DNA from: a virus | IMG/VR virus record: IMGVR_UViG_2930936637_000001 | Span: 1,735 to 65,734 of that record | DNA: 64,000 nucleotides | Direction: 5' to 3' (one strand) | Shown: one piece after another, positions 34,303-42,421 of the stretch | How the letters are laid out: every line of letters begins with the position of its first letter | Numbering within the stretch: the first letter of the stretch is position 1 | Notes under the pieces: model-generated | Told to the model about the DNA's origin: nothing | What the model saw: only the letters and a program-made list of their open reading frames with translations | The model's database searches: none | Program-made: the position numbers and the translations under genes

Positions 34303-35524
34303 CTGAGTCTAGCACCTCCAACAACAAATCAGTATTAACCATTTGTGTTGCTCCATACAGACCTTCTAGATACCTCTTTTTGTAATTAAAATCACTACGT
34401 TTCAGACCCGGATCATCGAAATCAAACACGCTGAATAATTCAGTTTCACCAAAACGATTCTTTTCAGCAAACCATATTTGATCTTGTCGTAAATTTGTAT
34501 CCATCAAAGATAGCTCATGAGTAGTTAAAATAAATTGATTTGTTTGCTTTTCACTATTTATCAGTTTCAAAAGAGCTTTTGCTAATTCTAAATGATATGA
34601 CCTGTCAAATTCATCAATAAGCAATGTTTTATTGGTATTGTTTAAAATATAGAGTGCTAAAACCATGAAAACTTTTGTACCAACGCTTTCATTATTAAAG
34701 AACACCGAAAAATTACCATGTTCAGCCTTATGCGTCGAATAAACATCGTACGATATATTTTGAAGGGTTCTAGCATCATCTGAATCGTTATCACTTTCGC
34801 TATCGTTTAACTTTTTCAGTATATATTCTGGATTAGGAATTTCTTCTTTTTTTTCTCTGACCTCCACATCCACAATATTAAAATCGGCGGCTTTCAAGAA
34901 ATTAAGGAATAGCTTTTTAAAGTCTTCTTTTTCGAGCAATTTGAATCTATCATTTCTAATTCTATCTGTGTCGACAAATATTAAGTCTTCAGAAAACCAC
35001 TCGAAGGTTTCTTTAGAATTTTTTTCATTGTTTTGTTGTGCAAAGTATAGTAGCAACTGATTCTTCCTAATATTGTCTTTCAAAGGTATTAATTGCAAAG
35101 GCATCAGATCAAAGTGCTGTTCATTTCTTTCGAAAATTCCAACATTATTAACTAACAATTTCTCATGAACAACATGTTCTCTGTCATATTCCAAAAAATA
35201 TTTGTACTTGTTGGAACGCTTAATAAAAGTAATATCAAAGCAAGTTGTTCCCTTGTTATATCCAAAAGTATCTGTACTTAATGGTTCAAGTTCATTTCTT
35301 GTAGGTGAAATAATTAAGCTCTTAAGCATTAGCAAAGCTTTGATTAGATTAGTTTTTCCATTTGCATTCGCACCGAATAATAAGGCCGATTTCAGCATTC
35401 GCTCTCCCATTGCTGCAATCGTATTGCTCTTTTGATATTTTCTTAACCTTTTACCCGTCTCCATAGAAAATTCTTGTTCATTTTTAAAAGATCTATAGTT
35501 TTTAACATTAAAATCTACTAACAT
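34295..35524 (-). CDS. RloA-like AAA_21 ATPase (AbiLi-like)
   Basis: GANANGKTN, ESVGT, LLIDEFD, FILTTHE, RYLEGLYGA. Confidence 0.9.
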   Translation of the reverse strand: MLVDFNVKNYRSFKNEQEFSMETGKRLRKYQKSNTIAAMGERMLKSALLFGANANGKTNLIKALLMLKSLIISPTRNELEPLSTDTFGYNKGTTCFDITFIKRSNKYKYFLEYDREHVVHEKLLVNNVGIFERNEQHFDLMPLQLIPLKDNIRKNQLLLYFAQQNNEKNSKETFEWFSEDLIFVDTDRIRNDRFKLLEKEDFKKLFLNFLKAADFNIVDVEVREKKEEIPNPEYILKKLNDSESDNDSDDARTLQNISYDVYSTHKAEHGNFSVFFNNESVGTKVFMVLALYILNNTNKTLLIDEFDRSYHLELAKALLKLINSEKQTNQFILTTHELSLMDTNLRQDQIWFAEKNRFGETELFSVFDFDDPGLKRSDFNYKKRYLEGLYGATQMVNTDLLLEVLDSDE

Positions 35525-35561
35525 TTATTTCTCCTTTAAAAACGTTTTTTCGTTCTTAATA

Positions 35562-35591
35562 AGAATAACCGACATGTCTACCATTAGTCAA
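35562..35591 (-). promoter_or_regulatory. Putative own promoter of the RloAB/AbiL pair
   Basis: TTGACT-N18-TATTCT on minus strand. Confidence 0.5.
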
Positions 35592-35690
35592 CAGATAGGT
35601 TGCAATTTTATCCAACTTGTCTGTCAAATTAATTTAATGATCCGTATTGGTTTCAATAGATCATCATAATTTCACCTCAATTTTATGTAC

Positions 35691-35721
35691 AAAAAAAGAG
35701 CCGCTCTACCACAGACGGCTC
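35691..35721 (-). terminator. Intrinsic terminator closing the tRNA-like leader
   Basis: GAGCCG / CGGCTC stem followed by T7 on minus strand. Confidence 0.75.
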
Positions 35722-35816
35722 CTTAGACTAATTTCAAACTAAACTGAGAGAAGTTTTCACCTCTTTTCAGATTAGTTTTTATGACCCAGTGTTAAGCAAG
35801 ATTTGTTTAGGGTCAA

Positions 35817-35874
35817 TACGTGCAATGGGAATCGAACCCGTATCTTCTTTGCTCTACCGTTGAGCTATACACGT
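35817..35874 (-). ncRNA. tRNA-like element lacking an anticodon arm
   Basis: 7-bp acceptor ACGTGTA/TGCACGT, D arm GCTC-AACGGTA-GAGC, 9-nt linker, T arm with TTCGATT loop. Confidence 0.7.
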
Positions 35875-35919
35875 TCCTAAGGGAGGTAATCTTGTGGCCG
35901 GTTCATCATTCCACCACAA

Positions 35920-35986
35920 TGCACGCAGCGGGATTCGAACCCGCGTCAGACAATTACTGTCTGCTCTGCCATTGAGCTATGCGTGT
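35920..35986 (-). ncRNA. tRNA-like element with a 5-nt pseudo-anticodon loop
   Basis: Acceptor CACGCA/TGCGTG, D arm, AGACA-GTAAT-TGTCT, T arm GCGGG-TTCGAAT-CCCGC. Confidence 0.7.
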
Positions 35987-36038
35987 TTTTCTTAATTCTT
36001 TCGATGATACTAGAATAACCCCTAAATGCAGCTAGTGC

Positions 36039-36087
36039 CTGCAGACTGACTGCACAAAAACTGCATTCAAACTGCATCAAAACTGCT
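36039..36087 (-). promoter_or_regulatory. Phased direct repeats at late promoter (probable ArpU-type activator sites)
   Basis: CTGC(A) at 36039, 36050, 36061, 36072, 36083, an exact 11-bp period spanning the activator stop codon. Confidence 0.65.
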
Positions 36088-36534
36088 TTTTTTAAAAATG
36101 TGGAGGTCATCCAGCATGTAGCAATCGGCAAACTGTAATAGTGCTTTGGGCTTCCAAACGTGGAAATAGCTGGACTCAGAAAACCCTAAATCCATAAAGC
36201 ACATTGTATCTGACAGTTCTTGTAGATATAGTTCATCTAAGATATTCTGGCAATCTTTATCACAGTGTTTAATTGCTTGGATTGTCCGTTTAACGACTTC
36301 TTCGGCATATAGTCGCCGCACAATTCTTGAGTCTGTCGCATTACCCGATGGCTGAGATTTTGGCATTCCATCATAGCTAGGTGATTTTAAATCGCTCATT
36401 GACTGCCCACTGATACGGACCATCTTAGGTAATACTACGGATAAAAAATGTGTCACGTTTTGCAAAGTTGCTCCAACATCTACTTCCGGGAAGAGACTTC
36501 CCATATTCATATTGTCAAAATCCAATTCAGCCAA
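36067..36534 (-). CDS. ArpU-family late transcriptional activator
   Basis: LKSPSYDGMPKS, ILDELYL, KALLQFADCY; position between replication and late genes. Confidence 0.88.
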   Translation of the reverse strand: MAELDFDNMNMGSLFPEVDVGATLQNVTHFLSVVLPKMVRISGQSMSDLKSPSYDGMPKSQPSGNATDSRIVRRLYAEEVVKRTIQAIKHCDKDCQNILDELYLQELSDTMCFMDLGFSESSYFHVWKPKALLQFADCYMLDDLHIFKKSSFDAV

Positions 36535-36659
36535 CCCTTTCAGCCCCTATCAATGGTATAATTAATGTGTTGACCATTGAGTAAGAACAAATTGGGTAAG
36601 GGCTGTTGCGTCAGCCCTTTTTTGCTGTCTAAAATGGCCGTGTCAGCTCGTGTAGCACG

Positions 36660-36833
36660 TTAGTAATCTCCGAATTGCTCAGCAATATAAACTTCCTTAG
36701 GCACGCTGTGCTCGCTTAATTTTGATTGAAACTCAGCCAGTCCCATCAGTACATCATCTTTCGGCACCAGTGATTCCAGATAGTTCAGCAGCATACGTTG
36801 GTTACCGTTCATTTCGTCGCGTGTTTTATCCAT
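36660..36833 (-). CDS. 57-aa hypothetical protein, possibly frameshift-shortened
   Basis: MDKTRDEMNGNQRMLL...; ATG after GGAGG; alternative frame LLSNSEITNVLHELTRPF ends at 36629. Confidence 0.5.
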   Translation of the reverse strand: MDKTRDEMNGNQRMLLNYLESLVPKDDVLMGLAEFQSKLSEHSVPKEVYIAEQFGDY

Positions 36834-36863
36834 ACGTCCTCCTACATAAATTAGAAATTTTAT

Positions 36864-37163
36864 TTAACTTGAAATTTTTCGATGAGTATCATTATTTGTA
36901 ATAGGTGATTGTTCATAATTGTACTTAAACTCCCAATCAGACATCACTTCGACTGGAAGATTTTCGTTCTTAACGATAATCCAATCACCAACACGAATTT
37001 CAATATTTCCGCGGACACTGGTTAAATAAAACAGATCACCCTCATTTATTCCAAGTTGAGCGTTCCATTTAGTTTCGTGTAAAATCCAATACTTATTTCG
37101 CATTTCTTCGCTGCCGTCGAACTGCTCTGCATAAACATCTATACTGGGGTGATATTTTTGCAT
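36864..37163 (-). CDS. Hypothetical protein (EQFDGS family)
   Basis: AEQFDGS, VGDWI shared with 37356..37766. Confidence 0.65.
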   Translation of the reverse strand: MQKYHPSIDVYAEQFDGSEEMRNKYWILHETKWNAQLGINEGDLFYLTSVRGNIEIRVGDWIIVKNENLPVEVMSDWEFKYNYEQSPITNNDTHRKISS

Positions 37164-37168
37164 TTAAC

Positions 37169-37375
37169 TTACCTCCCTACATAAAATAATAATTTCATCT
37201 CATGGATAACCTGGTTGCGTTCCTTAGCTGACAGCTTGTTAATCGCGTTGCGCTGGCTATTACTCAGCTTAGTAAAGTGATTGCCGCACCACACTAACGC
37301 CTGTGCCACATCGCCACCATAGCTTGCCATGCCTTGCATCACGTAATTGCGATACTCAATCTGCTCGTGTGTCAT
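37169..37375 (-). CDS. Hypothetical protein
   Basis: ATG after GGAGG. Confidence 0.6.
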   Translation of the reverse strand: MTHEQIEYRNYVMQGMASYGGDVAQALVWCGNHFTKLSNSQRNAINKLSAKERNQVIHEMKLLFYVGR

Positions 37376-37766
37376 GCTGTGCCTCCACTTGATACCCGTC
37401 TAGCCACGCACGAGCAATTAATTCCTGCTCATCATAATTCCAACTCCATTCGGTAAATATTTCGTCCAGTCGGTAATGATTAGCTTTATATTCTTCAATC
37501 GTATCGGCCCATGCTTTAGGAATCACTGGCAGCTCTGCATACGTTTTCTGGAAAACATCATCAGCGATCGGCCAGTGTTCGCGGTTTACGCCGGTAGCAA
37601 TCCAATCACCGACATCGAGTTCCATTTCTCCTTCAAGTGTTGAAATTCCAAAGTTGCCATCACTAAGCATTACGGGAGGCTCAATTCCATACTTGTCAAT
37701 CATCGCTCCTGATCCATCAAATTGTTCAGCCTCAATCGTTGCCGTCTTGCGGTATATCTTAATCAT
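37356..37766 (-). CDS. DUF1642-like early phage protein
   Basis: C-terminal QELIARAWLDGYQV. Confidence 0.65.
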   Translation of the reverse strand: MIKIYRKTATIEAEQFDGSGAMIDKYGIEPPVMLSDGNFGISTLEGEMELDVGDWIATGVNREHWPIADDVFQKTYAELPVIPKAWADTIEEYKANHYRLDEIFTEWSWNYDEQELIARAWLDGYQVEAQHDTRAD

Positions 37767-38172
37767 GCTGTGCCTCCAATAGTTCTGGGTTCTCGTGGAC
37801 GTTTCCGTCTATCCGATACTTTGCTTGTGGATATATTGGATAAATGCGGTGTCCACGTTTATTGGTGCGAGATCGTATGTCTTCAACTTCCCAAGCGCCA
37901 CCTGTTTCATTCCATTTAACGATCCCCAGGCCACTAAGACAATCTGATCTAAAATGAACAACGTCGCCTTCGTAGATTTCCTTGCCATTGGCATCTTTCA
38001 GGCCGGTAGACTGCTCAATTACAATATCTTTTAGTCTTCCTTTACTTCCAAAGTTATCCGTCCATCCATCAAATTCAAAGTTATCTGGATCAGTTCCGGA
38101 GTTCCATAACTCAGAAACATGAAAATATTCTTTTGTCTTTTTATCCCACGCTCTAAATTTTGGTACCATCAT
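37759..38172 (-). CDS. YopX-family protein
   Basis: PKFRAWD, QSTGLKDANGKEIYEGD, GNVHENPELL. Confidence 0.88.
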   Translation of the reverse strand: MMVPKFRAWDKKTKEYFHVSELWNSGTDPDNFEFDGWTDNFGSKGRLKDIVIEQSTGLKDANGKEIYEGDVVHFRSDCLSGLGIVKWNETGGAWEVEDIRSRTNKRGHRIYPIYPQAKYRIDGNVHENPELLEAQHD

Positions 38173-38567
38173 TCTTCCTCCAATAGTTCTAGGTTCTCGT
38201 GTACGTTACCAATGACTTCATATTCGGCTTGGTTATCAGTTGCCCAATATTCTTGCCGGTATCGTCTTTTACCCATGATTAGTGAGTAACCGTATTGCTT
38301 GTGATGCTCAACGTAACCAATTTTGTCATCAGGTGAAAGTGCTGCGATATGCATTTTTACAATATCGCCTTCGTATATTTCCTTGCCATTGGCATCTTTG
38401 AGGTCGGTAGACTGCTCCAAAATCATGTTTGGCCCGTAAGCAGTTTGATCGCCAGCAGTTGCAACAATGCCTAACTTGTCATTACTGTTCAATGGAAAGC
38501 TCAAACTTCTCACTTCGAAATATTCATCTCGTGAATCGTCCCACGCTCTAAATTTTGGTACCATCAT
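38169..38567 (-). CDS. YopX-family protein (second paralogue)
   Basis: PKFRAWD, LKDANGKEIYEGD, EVIGNVHEN. Confidence 0.88.
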   Translation of the reverse strand: MMVPKFRAWDDSRDEYFEVRSLSFPLNSNDKLGIVATAGDQTAYGPNMILEQSTDLKDANGKEIYEGDIVKMHIAALSPDDKIGYVEHHKQYGYSLIMGKRRYRQEYWATDNQAEYEVIGNVHENLELLEEE

Positions 38568-38787
38568 TCGCCCTCCCAATCTCAACATCACTCGGTGCCA
38601 CCTCAATATGCTGGTGGCTTCCTTTAACTTTCATCATTGCTACCCGCCTATCATCACGTGTGATCCAGCATAGCCACGTAGCTTTCTTCTTAACGTGGTG
38701 GCGTGGGTGGTAATACACCTTATCGCCGTGCTTCATTGTCTGCCTCCCGTAGCTTCTCTCGCATGCAGCGTACCCAATCCTTGTCAC
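38548..38787 (-). CDS. Hypothetical protein
   Basis: Coupled small ORF; true start probably MKHG. Confidence 0.5.
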   Translation of the reverse strand: MTRIGYAACERSYGRQTMKHGDKVYYHPRHHVKKKATWLCWITRDDRRVAMMKVKGSHQHIEVAPSDVEIGRANDGTKI

Positions 38788-38957
38788 ACGTTATATAGTC
38801 CATTGGTGCTAGTCACTTTGTACTTACGTACCACTGGCTTCACACGCGTCTTTGGTGCAGTTACTGCCACTGGCTGATGTTCTCGTGCATGTTCCGCCAT
38901 GCGGCGCTTCTTTTGCTTCACAGCTCGACGCTTGGACCGTTTTCGTTGCTTTGCCAT
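38784..38957 (-). CDS. 57-aa basic hypothetical protein (absent from ORF track)
   Basis: MAKQRKRSKRR...; ATG abuts upstream stop, after GGAGG. Confidence 0.5.
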   Translation of the reverse strand: MAKQRKRSKRRAVKQKKRRMAEHAREHQPVAVTAPKTRVKPVVRKYKVTSTNGLYNV

Positions 38958-39181
38958 TACTTGATTACCTCCACTCGCCAGCCATTGATGACTGGCCTTT
39001 TATGTCGCTGTAATGCGTCCTCGATTTTCCATGTTGCTATGTGTCTCAGGTAATGCTTCCGAGCATAGCCTAGCCGACACTCTACACAACCATGGTCGTT
39101 TGATAGTCTTAATAACATAAATCTCATCACGACTTTTCTGACTGTTGTTCTTCTAGCACGATCAATCCCTGGGGCGTCCAC
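38957..39181 (-). CDS. Hypothetical protein
   Basis: Coupled small ORF. Confidence 0.45.
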   Translation of the reverse strand: MDAPGIDRARRTTVRKVVMRFMLLRLSNDHGCVECRLGYARKHYLRHIATWKIEDALQRHKRPVINGWRVEVIK

Positions 39182-39390
39182 TTAACTCTGCGCCCAGTCT
39201 CGCCATTCCGTTCTCGTAAGTCTTTAGCACTGTACGACATGTTGGACCACGTACGCTGGTCATAACTGGCTCTTGCATGCTTTTCGGCCCGTCGTGCAAG
39301 CTGCTTATTCTGCTTACGGGAGTGGTGTTTCTTGCGTTGGGTATAATCACGGTCAGATTGACGACCGGCACCCGTAACTAATCTAGCCAT
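39127..39390 (-). CDS. Basic hypothetical protein
   Basis: Overlaps RusA stop. Confidence 0.5.
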   Translation of the reverse strand: MARLVTGAGRQSDRDYTQRKKHHSRKQNKQLARRAEKHARASYDQRTWSNMSYSAKDLRERNGETGRRVKWTPQGLIVLEEQQSEKS

Positions 39391-39806
39391 TTTTTTGCCT
39401 CCGTGATTGTCACTTCAATTCTCGGATCGTCTGAATAATACTTACTAGCCGATAGATCAACAATACAGTTGTCATCCTCCCAGATAACGCCTGTAAGCGC
39501 GTCTTCAATGAGCTTGACGTAATTGGACGTGTCAGGCTTAACTATTGGCCGATGAATGTTCTGGGCCCGTCTAGCATGTTCAATCCGACTAACGCTGGTC
39601 TGTATTGGCCGATAAATGGCAATGTGTACCGACAATGGCTTTTCGTCAATTAGATCACCGTGATATTGTTTACTAGCTTCTAGTGACACGTACTGCTTAT
39701 ATGCCCGACTCTTCGAGGGATCATATGCATGCCCATTACGATTAAAACGTGGCCGCGCTGCTGGTACTGGTTCACCATATACAACTAACTCAATCACCAG
39801 CGACAC
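39378..39806 (-). CDS. rusA: RusA-family Holliday junction resolvase
   Basis: GEPVPAARPR, KPDTSNYVKLIEDAL-G-WEDD. Confidence 0.92.
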   Translation of the reverse strand: MSLVIELVVYGEPVPAARPRFNRNGHAYDPSKSRAYKQYVSLEASKQYHGDLIDEKPLSVHIAIYRPIQTSVSRIEHARRAQNIHRPIVKPDTSNYVKLIEDALTGVIWEDDNCIVDLSASKYYSDDPRIEVTITEAKKWLD

Positions 39807-40499
39807 CTGCCAATGGTAATTCTGTCTGCTGAATCAACATCTTGGTAGCAGTGCTTGGCCGCCAATCGTCGATGTACTTCATAGCTTTGTCGAAGTCCTT
39901 GGCCTTAATCTGGATTCGCGCACGGACGCCACAAACTTGATTTAGCCCACCGTTGATATCTTTATAGAGTGCCGACCGTTGTTCCTTGGTCAACTGCAGG
40001 TGACGGTCACGAACGTAGAAATTGACTGCCCTAGATACGCCACGGCTGACTGTCGTATAGTCACCAGTCTCTAGTCGGCGGTTCTCCTCGAAGTCGTCCA
40101 TGCGTTCCTCAACGTGGTCTAGCCGATGATTGGCGCGGCTCCCAGTCTCAATCAACAAGTCAATTTTCTGTTCTGGCGTCATGACCAGTTCGGCTTGCTG
40201 AGCTCGCTTCTCCATCGAGATAAAGTACTCGCGGGCTTGCTTGCCCTTTGGTGTTCTCTGAATCATTGACACTTCTTTCGCCATGTCTAAAGCCATTGCA
40301 TATTCAATGCGAGGCCGACCACCGCGGCTTTTCCCCGAAAGTGGGGAAAAGTCCTTTCCTTCGACAAACCCGTAATCAGTCATGTCTTTAAACCAAGTTG
40401 AGAAGTCTTTTCCAACCTCCAAAAGTCATGCAATCCTCGAGCGTCAACTGCAACGCTATCACTATCGTTGCCCATAATTAATTCTTGTAAATTTTTCAT
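39790..40499 (-). pseudogene. AntA/AntB antirepressor with one-base frameshift at 40421-40424
   Basis: ATG 40499 coupled (ATGA) to upstream stop; VDARGLHDF joins LEVGKDFSTWF only after a -1 shift. Confidence 0.7.
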
Positions 40500-41437
40500 G
40501 TTGTAGCCTCCTGCCTTGACTCTCCATTCTGCTGTAATCGCGCTATCCGCATGTTGATTTTTTCCTGTTGTTCAGGCGTTAGTTCCGTTCGGGTAGCCGT
40601 TGGAGTGGTTCCCGATTGCGCCCAGTCTGGCAAGGTTTCTTTGGTGGTTGTCTTCTGCCCCTGACGAAGTGGATCAGGCGTCATATCCAATGTGTCAGTC
40701 CACCTGTGCTCGGCAATCCAGTTATCAGGATTCTTGGTATACTGCTCAGTCCGTTTTTTAATTTTGCAGTATTCTGCATACTTCTTGGCACCAGTTTCAA
40801 TGTCATCGGGACTAAATCCGTTGTCAATGGCAATCTTAAACTCATCGAATGCCTTATCGAATCCTTGTTTTTTTGGATAGGTTAGCCAAAATCCAAGATT
40901 GAATCTTTCTCGAAGCTGGTCATCAGTCACCTTGGGCTTAGTATTATCTGATTTACTATTATTTCCTTTAGTATCATTTAATATACTTTGTGTACTCTCA
41001 ACGTTGGAAACGGGGTTATCGGTGTTGGTTACTTGGTTTCCAACGTTGGAAACCCGCAATAAACTAAATTTTGGTTCGATATGATGATTTTTCTTCTGGC
41101 GTGCCGCCTGCTCATATCTAGCCTGAATACCATGGGAAGTTAAAATGTGATATTTTTCAAACATGCCATTATCGAAAAATCCAACTTCTGTGGCCCGTTT
41201 TACCAGCTCATCTACCGCACTTTCCTTGGTACCGACTTCGTCAGCCACCAAGAAGCACATATCTGAATCCCACACGGCGTAATACCCTTCATCACGATAA
41301 ATATTACCCAGCAGGCTCAGCAAGATGGACCCTGTAGCGATTCCACAAGAACGCATGATTTTTCGAATCTTGATATCTCTGAGAAAATCAACATCTATTG
41401 AATAGTAATCAATTCCTTTTTTTATTGGACGTGCCAT
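40496..41437 (-). CDS. Replication initiator / replisome organiser (DUF4373, Lin1244-like N-terminus)
   Basis: MARPIKKGIDYYSIDVDF, LTSHGIQARY, FWLTYPKK; internal origin-like repeats. Confidence 0.82.
   Translation of the reverse strand: MARPIKKGIDYYSIDVDFLRDIKIRKIMRSCGIATGSILLSLLGNIYRDEGYYAVWDSDMCFLVADEVGTKESAVDELVKRATEVGFFDNGMFEKYHILTSHGIQARYEQAARQKKNHHIEPKFSLLRVSNVGNQVTNTDNPVSNVESTQSILNDTKGNNSKSDNTKPKVTDDQLRERFNLGFWLTYPKKQGFDKAFDEFKIAIDNGFSPDDIETGAKKYAEYCKIKKRTEQYTKNPDNWIAEHRWTDTLDMTPDPLRQGQKTTTKETLPDWAQSGTTPTATRTELTPEQQEKINMRIARLQQNGESRQEATT
40950..41053. other. Probable phage replication origin inside the initiator gene
   Basis: 18-bp palindrome GTTTCCAACGTTGGAAAC (41036-41053), partial copy at 40999-41011, adjacent AT-rich tract. 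Confidence 0.55.
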
Positions 41438-41465
41438 TTACGCACCTCCTAACTTGCCTATATGA

Positions 41466-42419
41466 TTATTTTTTATCACCATCAATGGCATCGTAAATAT
41501 CCTTTTGCTGTTGCTCTGTTAGGCTGGAATTACTTTTGCTTGATTGCACTGTTTTGGCTTTGGATGAACTATCAGACGATTTGTTTGCGTCTGCCGCCGC
41601 ATTATCACTATCAGAGTTAGTTGCGTCATCAGTGATGTCCAACCGATCTTCCACCAGCTGGTCATTATCATCCAACGTTTGAGCCTTCTCATCTTTACTG
41701 ACAGCGTTTTGCATTTCAATGGACAAGATTCCCCAGCGGCCTAACATACTTCTTAGCACTGTTTTAGTTGCCATAGCATCGTAGTTATCACGCCATACAC
41801 CAGTTAGTGCTCGTTTGTCCTTAGCTTTGTTATTGGCTACCCGATGTGCCTCTACTTGGTCACGAGTCCAATAAACGGTTTTAGTAAATCCATTTAGAAG
41901 TTCAAAATAGCCTGCATATCCTACAGCCTTATCCGAAGTGGCTTTGGTGAAATCATACTTTAGTTCCTCAGCCAACGGGTTCCATGAAATGAATGCCCCC
42001 TCAGGAATCGGGGCCACATTTAACTTACGATACTGCCCCGATCGTTGTGCCAATTGAATGTAGCCTTTGTAACCAATGATTAATTGAGCTTTTTTCTCCC
42101 ATCGATCGGTTTCTTTGTTCATGCTGTTAAATGGAACGATGTAGGCATAGCCAAGGTTGGGATCAATCGGCAAATCCAAAGTTGCTGCAACCATCGCGCT
42201 AGTCATAATGGACATTGGCTGAGCATCCGCTAGATAGCCATTCGTGTTAACAACATTTAGAACAGAACTAACGAATCCTGATGATTTTTCCTTCAATACA
42301 TTTTGGAATTTAGCTTGAATTGTTGGTGATTCAAGTAGAACTTTGATTGACGCATTTTTAGCGCTGACCTTTTGCGGTTGCGTATTTAACGCTTGGTTTA
42401 AAGTGTTATTAGTAGCCAT
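41466..42419 (-). CDS. recT: RecT-family recombinase
   Basis: ATLDLPID-NLGYAYIVPF, IGYKGYIQLA-RSGQY, MATKTV. Confidence 0.93.
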   Translation of the reverse strand: MATNNTLNQALNTQPQKVSAKNASIKVLLESPTIQAKFQNVLKEKSSGFVSSVLNVVNTNGYLADAQPMSIMTSAMVAATLDLPIDPNLGYAYIVPFNSMNKETDRWEKKAQLIIGYKGYIQLAQRSGQYRKLNVAPIPEGAFISWNPLAEELKYDFTKATSDKAVGYAGYFELLNGFTKTVYWTRDQVEAHRVANNKAKDKRALTGVWRDNYDAMATKTVLRSMLGRWGILSIEMQNAVSKDEKAQTLDDNDQLVEDRLDITDDATNSDSDNAAADANKSSDSSSKAKTVQSSKSNSSLTEQQQKDIYDAIDGDKK

Positions 42420-42421
42420 CT

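Noticed and set aside
35525-36066. Large prophage ncRNA such as ROOL or GOLLD
   Set aside because: The space is occupied by a promoter, terminator and tRNA-like units, and is too short or fragmented; an Rfam scan would settle it.
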